A stretch of DNA of 24,000 bases from Arenicella sp. Lineage in GTDB: Bacteria > Pseudomonadota > Gammaproteobacteria > Arenicellales > Arenicellaceae. A model generated the notes under the pieces. That model worked only from the letters and a program-made list of their open reading frames with translations, was not told where the DNA came from and ran no database searches. The stretch is from NCBI GenBank assembly GCA_047629535.1, contig JBLHXJ010000001.1, forward strand, positions 41,975 to 65,974. The letters are read 5' to 3'. The translations under genes and the position numbers were made by a program. Positions 7,620-15,295 of this stretch are shown here, piece by piece; position 1 is the first letter of the stretch, and every line of letters starts with the position of its first letter.

Positions 7620-9437
7620 ATGATTCCTAAAATTATCCACCAAACTTGGAAAACCGATCAGGTTCCAGAGCAGTGGAAGGCATTTGCCCAGTCATGGAAA
7701 TCGCATCACCCCGATTGGGAGTATCGGCTGTGGAGCAACGCTGATGGCGCTGAGTTTGTCGAACATTTCTATCCTCATTTCGAACAGACATATTGGTCCT
7801 ATCGATACGATATACAGCGCGCTGATGCGATTCGCTACCTAATAATTTATCATTATGGTGGTATCTATGCCGACCTTGATTTTGAATGCCTGCAATCATT
7901 TGAGAGCCTACGTGACAATCACAAGCTGGTTATCGGCTTTGAGCCTAAGGAGCATGCGCAGGCTCAATCATTGCAAGAAGTGTTATGCAATGCGTTATTC
8001 GCGTCAAAGCCTCGGTCAAAATTTTTAAAAGCCGTTATTGATTTTTTAATAGCGGACGACACTCCGACGATTGGACTTGGGGATGTATTGAGAACCTCTG
8101 GCCCAGTGATGTTGCAGAATGTGTATGAGCAATTTAATAAAAGTGACGTAGATGCTCATCCGCCGGTCCGCTTTTACCCGTTTGAAAATAATGCCCCAGA
8201 ATTAACCCAGCTAGCCAAAAATTCGGATGAAAGTGAACGCATAAGGCAAAAACTGATAGGTTTGGGTTGTTTTGCGGTGCACCACTGGGCAAATTCATGG
8301 ACCAAAGATTTGGCCGGTGAACTGATGAATCCGAGCGCCGATTCAGTTGAGGGGTTTGATTTTTATCCGATGTATGATTCACCTGGGATGGATTTATTTA
8401 ACGGTGGTAGAGAGGTCGCAGCACTTGCAGAACGATGCAGAGCTGATTCTCAGGTAGTAGCGTTCAATACCGATGGCTTTGCAAAGCACACTATCGCCTC
8501 AATATCTGATTTGAGCGTAATGTTAAACGCGAATCAAAATGAAGGGATATATATAAAAAGACCCATCGCTAACGCTAAAGAGGTTTTAGAGCAGCACGAG
8601 AATATGCAACTGGTCTATATTGCCGCTGCTGGCCCTCGGCCATTTAGTCTGTTTGTCGATCAAACCAACGATCTAGTAATTGCTCAGTTTATTGAGAGTA
8701 ACCGCATTTGGGAGCCGCTTGAAACCGCCTTAGTCAGCAAGTTAGTATCCCCAGGCGAAAACGTAATCGACATAGGAGCCAACATTGGCTATTTCACGGT
8801 ACTTTTTTCGCAACTAGTGGGCGAACAAGGCAAAGTGCTGGCGTTCGAACCGGAAGCAAAAAATTACTCTTTATTAAAGGCCAATATATTAATTAATCGC
8901 TTAGATAATGTGGTTATTGAAAATCAAGCGCTGTCCAATACTCAGGGAGTCGCTGATCTATACTTATCTAGTTACAATAAAGGTGATCATCGACTTGGCT
9001 ACACCGCCGGCCGAGAGAAGCAACAAATTAGCAGTATTGAGCTTGACCAATACCTGTCAGGCAACGCCCTGCCGATTCATTTTATTAAATCCGATACCCA
9101 AGGTCATGAGCTTAAAGTGCTGCAGGGTATGACCAAGTTAATTGAGCGAAATAGTGCATACTTATGCTGCTTGCTGGAATTCTCTCCAGGGTTATTGATC
9201 ACTGCAGAACCTAGAGGCGTTGAAGATTTTATCGATTTCTTTGACTTATTCGAGACCGAAATATATTTGATTCAGGAGGTGGCTCGGAACGCCGAATTAG
9301 TATTAATGGATAGCGCCGCATTGCGGCAACTGGCGCGCATAATGTTGCAGCACGAAGCGCAAGACCATTCCGTCAATACTTTAATTTTTTTTAGCACTAA
9401 CGCTCGAATCAAGTATTTCGCTAAAATGGGTTGGTGA
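7620..9437 (+). CDS. Fusion protein: GT32-type glycosyltransferase (Gly_transf_sug, DXD) - unassigned ~70-aa module - FkbM-family methyltransferase
   Basis: The ORF-track start at 7539 is a TTG. ATG 7620 gives MIPKIIHQTWKT, the canonical GT32 N-terminus. RADAIRYLIIYHYGGIYADLDFECL carries the DXD. The FkbM region (nt ~8616-9398) has VIDIGANIGYFTV, LAFEPEAKNYSLLKANI and IHFIKSDTQGHELKVLQGM. Its stop overlaps the next gene. Confidence 0.85.
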   Translation: MIPKIIHQTWKTDQVPEQWKAFAQSWKSHHPDWEYRLWSNADGAEFVEHFYPHFEQTYWSYRYDIQRADAIRYLIIYHYGGIYADLDFECLQSFESLRDNHKLVIGFEPKEHAQAQSLQEVLCNALFASKPRSKFLKAVIDFLIADDTPTIGLGDVLRTSGPVMLQNVYEQFNKSDVDAHPPVRFYPFENNAPELTQLAKNSDESERIRQKLIGLGCFAVHHWANSWTKDLAGELMNPSADSVEGFDFYPMYDSPGMDLFNGGREVAALAERCRADSQVVAFNTDGFAKHTIASISDLSVMLNANQNEGIYIKRPIANAKEVLEQHENMQLVYIAAAGPRPFSLFVDQTNDLVIAQFIESNRIWEPLETALVSKLVSPGENVIDIGANIGYFTVLFSQLVGEQGKVLAFEPEAKNYSLLKANILINRLDNVVIENQALSNTQGVADLYLSSYNKGDHRLGYTAGREKQQISSIELDQYLSGNALPIHFIKSDTQGHELKVLQGMTKLIERNSAYLCCLLEFSPGLLITAEPRGVEDFIDFFDLFETEIYLIQEVARNAELVLMDSAALRQLARIMLQHEAQDHSVNTLIFFSTNARIKYFAKMGW

Positions 9438-12400
9438 GTATCAACGGTATAAAATACTATTCCATGCTTGAGTCATCCGGCTATGGACTGTCTGCGATTA
9501 GCTATTTGAATGCGTTGCTTGACCTCGAGTGCCCAATACATTGGATTCCACTGGTCTTGGGCGAGCGAGGTTACCAACCATGGTATCAATCGACATCGGC
9601 CGAGCAGCAAGTTCGCCAATTGCTGATCGAGTGTCTGACTGACGACAGTCAAATAGACAGACTGATGGCGTGTCTAGAGCCGATTAACAACTATCAATGC
9701 ATATTCATGCATACCGTGCCGGAGTATTGGCCTCATCTTAAAGAGCCCAATAAATATCAAATCGGCTATAGCGTGTGGGAGACTAGTTGCCTACCTAAGC
9801 ATTTTCCTGAGCTCATCAATCAGCTTGACCGAGTGCTAGTACCCAGCACATTTAATCGACCGATATACGAGCGTTCGGGGGTTGAGATTCCGATAGACGT
9901 GGTGCCGCATATTCTAAATAAGCCCGCGCCTGCGGCTAAGGCGACCGTCGATACTATGCGTAGCTTGATTGAGGTTGCGCCAGAAAACTACCTCTTCTAT
10001 TGCATCAATGAATGGACCGCTCGCAAGGCGCTATGGGTTTTGGTTGACGCCTATCTAAGCAGCTTTAGTGCTGATGACTCGGTGTCTTTAGTACTAAAAA
10101 CATCGGCTCGAGGCCCGCGATCGGAAACCGATGCAGACCAGTACGACACACAACTATTGGTGGCACAAATAGCTGCTGGCTATACTGCACCTGCGCATAT
10201 TAAAGTGATTAATCATAAAATCACTAACCCTGAGATCACCGCATTACACCAACTTGGCGATTGCTTTGTCTCTACCAGTCGTAGCGAAGGCTGGGGCTTG
10301 GGTATGTTTGAAGCTGCGGGAATGGGTAACCCGGTGATTGCTACCGGCTGGGGCGGGCATCTCGATTTTCTTACAGAGCAGTCGAGCTATCTGTCATCCT
10401 ATCAATTGACTCAAGTGGTGGATACTCAAGCTGAATCGTCCTACAGTAGCGAACAACAGTGGGCTCAAGTTGATCAAACAAGTATCTCTAAGCATTTAAA
10501 AACGGTGTTCGCCAATCCTCAATTAGCGCAGCAAAACGCTCAAGATTTGGCTCTAGAGCTAAATGAAAAGTATAATTCAGCACAGCTTGGTATACAGCTC
10601 TATAAAGCAATTATGGCAACTAACATCCCCAAGATTTTTCATTTTATATTCGGTTTGAAAGAACAAACTGAGCCGTTTCATCTGGCCTACTATCTTTGTT
10701 TAAAATCCTGCCTCGAGGTTAACAAGCCGAGCGCGCTACATTTTTACTATCATTACCAACCTTATGGTGAATACTGGGAGTTGATAAAACCTCACCTGAC
10801 GCTAATCGAAGTAGAGTTGGAATCTTTTGTAAAACACAATAACGCCTACCAAGATCACCAAGAAGGTCAGTTTATCAAGGCCGCTAAACTCGATTATGCG
10901 CATCAAGCGGATTTTATCCGCTTAAAAAAATTGATAGAATACGGTGGTGTTTATGCTGACATGGACACCCTATTTGTAAACCCAATACCGGATGATCTGT
11001 ATCAGCATCCGTTTGTGATAGGCCGTGAACAGAGTGTTATCGACCCCGTAAGCAAGAAAAAAAATCCGTCATTGTGCAACGCGCTGCTGATGTCCGAACC
11101 CAATTCAGAGTTCGCGCGCCAATGGCTAAAGGCTAGTTATCAATCGTTTGACGGAACCTGGAGTTCGCACTCGTGCCAGTTAGCGGCGACACTTGCAAGC
11201 GAGTTGCCCGATACGGTGCACATTGCGCCGCAACGTTTCTTCTTCAAGCACATGTGGACAAAGCCGGGTATTAGCTCGTTATTTGAAGAGCTTGATGATG
11301 ACTTCGAGCAAGTCTATAGCATGCATATGTGGAACCATCTGTGGTGGGACCAATCGAGAGTAGACTTTTCGAGTTTTCATCAAGGCTTGATCACCGAACA
11401 AAATATTATGACGGTAGATACCACTTATAATGTTATCGCCAGACAATTTTTACCAACAGCAAGTAAGGCAACAACTAGCCCAATTAACAAAGAGCCCTCT
11501 GAAAAATTGAAAAATTCATCCTCATCAATCTTGATTCCAGTAATAGAAGTTAGTTGGGAACTTTCTCAAGAGCAAGGTTCCAGCCGCTTTTCCAATACTC
11601 AAACGGGCCATTCCTTCGCCACTAACGAAACTACAAATTTAATTCTTCAACAGTGCGATGGAATTAAAAATGTTGACGCTATCATTGATTCGCTGAGTGA
11701 GCGCTTTGGTGATGATTTCGACAGTATAGGGCATGATGTTAAAACTACTTTGCGCGAACTAGCTTTGAGTGGCGCGATTCGATTTAAACAAATCACACCG
11801 GCTCTACCAGTTGTTCAGCCCACGCCGCCCGAGGCACCCTCAAAGCAGTACAAGTTGTGTATTGGCATGGCCACCTACGATGACTATGACGGTGTCTACT
11901 TTTCGGTGCAGGCGATGCGAATGTATCACCCAGAAATATTGGAGCATGTAGAGTTTTTAGTGCTCGACAACAACCCCACAGGCGTTTGCGCCGACGCGCT
12001 AAAAAACCTTGGTGATTGGATCCCAAACTATCGTTATATTGAAGGCGATAATTTCCAAGGAACCTGGTCTCGATTTTCCTTGATTAACCAAACTAACGCT
12101 CCGTATATTTTGTGTATGGATTCGCACGTGATGGTTTTACCCGGAGCGATTAAGCAACTGTTGGATTATATCGACATTCACCCCGACACACCCGACATGC
12201 TGCAAGGGCCACTAGTGGCCGATGATTTGTTTTCCTTGTCATCGCATTTTACGCCCGGCTGGGGTAGTGGCATGTATGGCAAATGGGCAACAGATTCAAG
12301 AGCGGAAGATCTCGACAACCCTGGGTTTGATATCCCAATGCAAGGGCTTGGTTTGTTTGCCTTTCGCAAAGATAGCTGGCCGCAAGTAAACTCACGCTTT

Positions 12401-13309
12401 AAAGGGTTTGGCGGCGAAGAGGGCTATGTGCATGAGAAAGTTCGGCGTGCCGGTGGGCGAACATTATGTCTACCATTTTTACGCTGGGTACACCGCTTTA
12501 ACCGACCGATGGGCACGCGCTATGCGCTCAGTTGGCATGATCGCATTCGCAACTATATGGTCGCGCATGACGAACTGGATGTTGATAATAGCGAGATGAT
12601 TGAACACTTCAATTCGTTTATAGGCGAGGCCGAAACCGCAACAATAGTTGCCGATGTTGAAGCTGAAATTAACAATCCATTCTACTTTTTTGATGCTATT
12701 TACTGTATCAACTTAGATCGACAAGAAGAACGATGGAAGACCGCACAGGCACAATTCGATAAGCTTGGCATTACCCATCGAGTTCAGCGTTTTTCCGCTA
12801 TTGAAACACCCGAAAATCACCATATAGGGTGTGCCTTGTCACACCGAGCAATTATTCAAATGGCATCGGTCAATAAGCACAAAAATGTATTGGTGTTAGA
12901 AGATGATGTGATCTTCGATGCGGCCACACTGACTGATCTTGCAAATAGCCTGGATGAGGCAAAAGCCGAAAGCTGGGATGTATTATATTTAGGTGGACAT
13001 TGTTGGGACAAGCGATATCCACTTGTAAGTGGGCGTGAACATTTAAGAGAACTGGTCAGTGGCGAAGTTGGGCCAACCACAACCCATGCGATTGTCTATG
13101 GCGATTCCAGTTATTCGCAACTGCTTAATGATCTTCCCGAGACTATCGCGCAGATGACAAGCGCCATTGATCAAGGGTGGTTAGCGATTGATCAGTATTT
13201 GGCCGTTGAGACAACGCTAAGAAAGCTGATAACCGAACCTAGAGTGGCAAGTCAGCCACCGCTTCTTATCCAAGAAGAAGATAGCTTTACACCGATACTT
13301 TCGGCATAG
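9431..13309 (+). CDS. 1292-aa multi-domain glycosyltransferase: GT4 - GT32 - PqqD-like - DxH GT-A (GT2/GT27-like) - GT25
   Basis: The start is TTG 9431 or GTG 9434, overlapping the upstream TGA (9435-9437). ATG 9464 would delete the first beta-strand IKYYS. GT4 (aa 1-~392): EX7E in SRSEGWGLGMFEAAGMGNPVIATGWGG (nt 10286-10312). GT32 (aa ~397-672): IPKIFHFIFG and ADFIRLKKLIEYGGVYADMDTLF. PqqD-like: aa ~704-786. GT-A (aa ~806-1045): FLVLDNNP, CMDSHV (nt 12119-12127), GFGGEEGY and WVHRF. GT25 (aa ~1085-1280): AIYCINLDRQEERW, GCALSHRA and VLVLEDDVIF. No TM segment is evident. Confidence 0.85.
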   Translation: MVSINGIKYYSMLESSGYGLSAISYLNALLDLECPIHWIPLVLGERGYQPWYQSTSAEQQVRQLLIECLTDDSQIDRLMACLEPINNYQCIFMHTVPEYWPHLKEPNKYQIGYSVWETSCLPKHFPELINQLDRVLVPSTFNRPIYERSGVEIPIDVVPHILNKPAPAAKATVDTMRSLIEVAPENYLFYCINEWTARKALWVLVDAYLSSFSADDSVSLVLKTSARGPRSETDADQYDTQLLVAQIAAGYTAPAHIKVINHKITNPEITALHQLGDCFVSTSRSEGWGLGMFEAAGMGNPVIATGWGGHLDFLTEQSSYLSSYQLTQVVDTQAESSYSSEQQWAQVDQTSISKHLKTVFANPQLAQQNAQDLALELNEKYNSAQLGIQLYKAIMATNIPKIFHFIFGLKEQTEPFHLAYYLCLKSCLEVNKPSALHFYYHYQPYGEYWELIKPHLTLIEVELESFVKHNNAYQDHQEGQFIKAAKLDYAHQADFIRLKKLIEYGGVYADMDTLFVNPIPDDLYQHPFVIGREQSVIDPVSKKKNPSLCNALLMSEPNSEFARQWLKASYQSFDGTWSSHSCQLAATLASELPDTVHIAPQRFFFKHMWTKPGISSLFEELDDDFEQVYSMHMWNHLWWDQSRVDFSSFHQGLITEQNIMTVDTTYNVIARQFLPTASKATTSPINKEPSEKLKNSSSSILIPVIEVSWELSQEQGSSRFSNTQTGHSFATNETTNLILQQCDGIKNVDAIIDSLSERFGDDFDSIGHDVKTTLRELALSGAIRFKQITPALPVVQPTPPEAPSKQYKLCIGMATYDDYDGVYFSVQAMRMYHPEILEHVEFLVLDNNPTGVCADALKNLGDWIPNYRYIEGDNFQGTWSRFSLINQTNAPYILCMDSHVMVLPGAIKQLLDYIDIHPDTPDMLQGPLVADDLFSLSSHFTPGWGSGMYGKWATDSRAEDLDNPGFDIPMQGLGLFAFRKDSWPQVNSRFKGFGGEEGYVHEKVRRAGGRTLCLPFLRWVHRFNRPMGTRYALSWHDRIRNYMVAHDELDVDNSEMIEHFNSFIGEAETATIVADVEAEINNPFYFFDAIYCINLDRQEERWKTAQAQFDKLGITHRVQRFSAIETPENHHIGCALSHRAIIQMASVNKHKNVLVLEDDVIFDAATLTDLANSLDEAKAESWDVLYLGGHCWDKRYPLVSGREHLRELVSGEVGPTTTHAIVYGDSSYSQLLNDLPETIAQMTSAIDQGWLAIDQYLAVETTLRKLITEPRVASQPPLLIQEEDSFTPILSA
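11540..11788 (+). other. PqqD-like (RiPP-recognition-element-like) domain embedded in the mega-glycosyltransferase
   Basis: EVSWELSQEQGSSRFSNTQTGHSFATNETTNLILQQCDGIKNVDAIIDSLSERFGDDFDSIGHDVKTTLRELALSGAIRF follows the PqqD-family pattern (x-LNetaaxIwxlxDGxxtvxeIvxxLxxxy...DVxxfLxxLxxxGli). It is flanked by Ser/Thr/Pro-rich linkers. Confidence 0.6.
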
Positions 13310-13404
13310 GCCATGCACACTAAATGTTGATTAGAATGCACGCATCTTGGCAAGTAATGTTTTAGTTTATCGTTTAGTTAAATAATCAGATTAAGGTGAC
13401 AATT

Positions 13405-13845
13405 ATGAAGCTTTCTACAGTTAGCCGAAGCTTAATGTTTGCCGGCCTTATTCCTTTTATTGCCGGCACAATAGCAATCGCCCTAAAGCTTGATAGCTGG
13501 TGGATTATCAACGATATTGCGATTAGTTTTGCGTTCTACGCGCTTGCTATCGCCAGCTTTATGTCAGGTACTCATTGGGCCGTGGCGCAGTTGCTCGAGA
13601 ATAGAACTGACTTGCTATTTCACAGTAACTTAATGGTTTTATTGCCGTGGATCGCATTACTTACTTTAGGTGATGGATCTACGTTCTATTTTTTCTTGGC
13701 CTTTGTTTTTTTTAAGCAATACCTGCTCGATCGAAAACTTACAAGTCAGGGGGTTTTTGGTCAACCGTATCTACGTGATCGACGAATAGTCACGACCACC
13801 GTTTGCCTGTCGATGCTGTTTGTTGCGGGCATTAATTTTTACTGA
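13405..13845 (+). CDS. Small 4-TM inner-membrane protein (DUF3429-like)
   Basis: ATG 13405 lies 8 nt after AAGG (13393-13396). The ORF track used GTG 13396. There are four hydrophobic helices and the motif SFMSGTHWA. The family call is from memory and tentative. Confidence 0.6.
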   Translation: MKLSTVSRSLMFAGLIPFIAGTIAIALKLDSWWIINDIAISFAFYALAIASFMSGTHWAVAQLLENRTDLLFHSNLMVLLPWIALLTLGDGSTFYFFLAFVFFKQYLLDRKLTSQGVFGQPYLRDRRIVTTTVCLSMLFVAGINFY

Positions 13846-14120
13846 ATGAGGCTCTCGCATAACTGCGTCAGCGGTGGCTTTTTGCCATCCGTATAACAAC
13901 ATTCGTATGTTTAATTTTTGCTTTATAAACCTCGAATACTCATGCTATGGGTGGCTTGATCAACAATTGAATAGTTAGTTGATGTAAGCAACGTTTGTTA
14001 TAAGCTCATTTATGCGCTTCGATTTTGGTTTTTATTGAATATACCGTTAAGAGCTAACTCCGGCCGTAGCCTATGATGGGGAACGAAGTTATTGTTATTA
14101 CTACCCGAATGGAACAAGTC

Positions 14121-14651
14121 ATGCGAATTAAATTTTTTCTGATCTTAGTCAGCCTGGCGTTGCTCACAGCTAGTTTTGCTTTTTCGAAGGACCTTCAGCC
14201 ACTCGCTAGCGATGTAATTAAGCTTATCGACAACAAAATGGACGACTTTCACGATGCCGCAGATAAAGGTGATAAAGCGCGCTACCTTAATCACTTCACC
14301 GAAGACAGCGTGTTCATGGGTACCGACGACTGGGAGCGCTGGCGGTTACAAGATTTCTCCAGATACGTAGACACACACTTTAAAGACGGTAAAGGCTGGT
14401 CATATACGCCAATTAAACGTTACAGCAACTTTAATAGCCGAAAAGACATTGCGTGGGTTGATGAAATTCTTGAGTCAAAAAAATGGGGGCGTTTCCGTGG
14501 CACGGCAGTCCTCGAAAAGACAGCGCAAGGTTGGAAACTTAAACACTACTCACTCAGCAAACTTGTACCCAACGAGTCATGGGTAGAGGTAAGCGAGATT
14601 ACCAAGAAAGCGTTCGCAGAAAGAGCGGTCGCCCCTGGGTTAGAGCCATAA
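14121..14651 (+). CDS. Exported SnoaL/NTF2-like fold protein
   Basis: ATG 14121 gives the signal peptide MRIKFFLILVSLALLTASFAFS. The ORF-track start at 14073 adds 16 non-signal residues. FHDAADKGDKARYLNHFTEDSVFMGTDDWERW resembles the SnoaL_3/DUF4440-like N-terminal helix region. Confidence 0.6.
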   Translation: MRIKFFLILVSLALLTASFAFSKDLQPLASDVIKLIDNKMDDFHDAADKGDKARYLNHFTEDSVFMGTDDWERWRLQDFSRYVDTHFKDGKGWSYTPIKRYSNFNSRKDIAWVDEILESKKWGRFRGTAVLEKTAQGWKLKHYSLSKLVPNESWVEVSEITKKAFAERAVAPGLEP

Positions 14652-14710
14652 ATTAGGCTGACTCATTGTTGCTTAGGGTGAAATTTCTTGGCTAAGTTAG
14701 AAAGACTTAA

Positions 14711-15295
14711 CTATCGGCTCTGTTGTTGTTCTAGGTAATCTAAAATGGCTATGTCATCGACATACAATTCGGCGATTACGGCATAACCGTTTTTTATTCT
14801 AACGTCAGCGTAAAACTCCACATTTTGGCCTGCGACTCGAGTCCACAACAATGACTCTATCTTTGGTGCTTTCGATTCCTCGGCATAATAGCGGTCAAAG
14901 GGTAGGGTGATGTTGTATTTTTCGTTATAGCTGTAGCTACTTTTTATTCTTACATAATTTTGATGTTTTGGTGGTTCTTTCTGAATATCTCGAACCCGCG
15001 CGATACTATCAGAATCTCTATCGATGATTGCATAGGCCGCTGTTTTTCTGGGTAGCTCAGTTATTATCACTGGGTTTTCTAAATCCTTGATCGCGCCACT
15101 TGAGATAGGAAAGTCGAGAACAACATAGCGGCCTTTAAAAGGGTCTGCGGGGTCTCGTGGCTCGACTTTGAACAGATAACGCTCACCAGTCTGTAAAATA
15201 TCTTCATAGCGGCTTGCCATGCTGGTCGGTATAAACAGCTGCGCGGCGATGGTTAATAGTGCAACCGACAAAATCAATAATCTATTTCGACTCAT
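14711..15295 (-). CDS. GDYXXLXY-domain protein (membrane-anchored/secreted)
   Basis: N-terminal anchor MSRNRLLILSVALLTIAAQLF. The motifs FKVEPRDPADPFKGRYVVLDF and FDRYYAEE match the GDYXXLXY family pattern. The ATG overlaps the upstream gene's stop by 4 nt (15292-15295). Confidence 0.7.
   Translation of the reverse strand: MSRNRLLILSVALLTIAAQLFIPTSMASRYEDILQTGERYLFKVEPRDPADPFKGRYVVLDFPISSGAIKDLENPVIITELPRKTAAYAIIDRDSDSIARVRDIQKEPPKHQNYVRIKSSYSYNEKYNITLPFDRYYAEESKAPKIESLLWTRVAGQNVEFYADVRIKNGYAVIAELYVDDIAILDYLEQQQSR

Noticed and set aside
11057-11064. An A8 run in the mega-GT (KKKN codons), and a T8 run at 9385-9392 in the GT32-FkbM gene, as further phase-variation tracts
   Set aside because: A/T runs of this length are expected by chance in an AT-leaning genome and slip far less than G/C tracts. 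They are noted only for completeness.
4184-13309. Interpretation as an ordinary capsule/O-antigen/EPS biosynthesis locus
   Set aside because: The window has no flippase, polymerase, chain-length regulator, ABC/OPX exporter, priming transferase or sugar-nucleotide genes. A PT-repeat gene and a PqqD-like module sit inside the cluster. This reading is not fully excluded, because such genes could lie elsewhere in the genome.
13873-13889. Hairpin ggtggc-ttttt-gccatc, 28 nt downstream of the DUF3429-like gene, as a terminator
   Set aside because: The stem is only 6 bp including a G-U pair, and no U-run follows. It is too weak to call.
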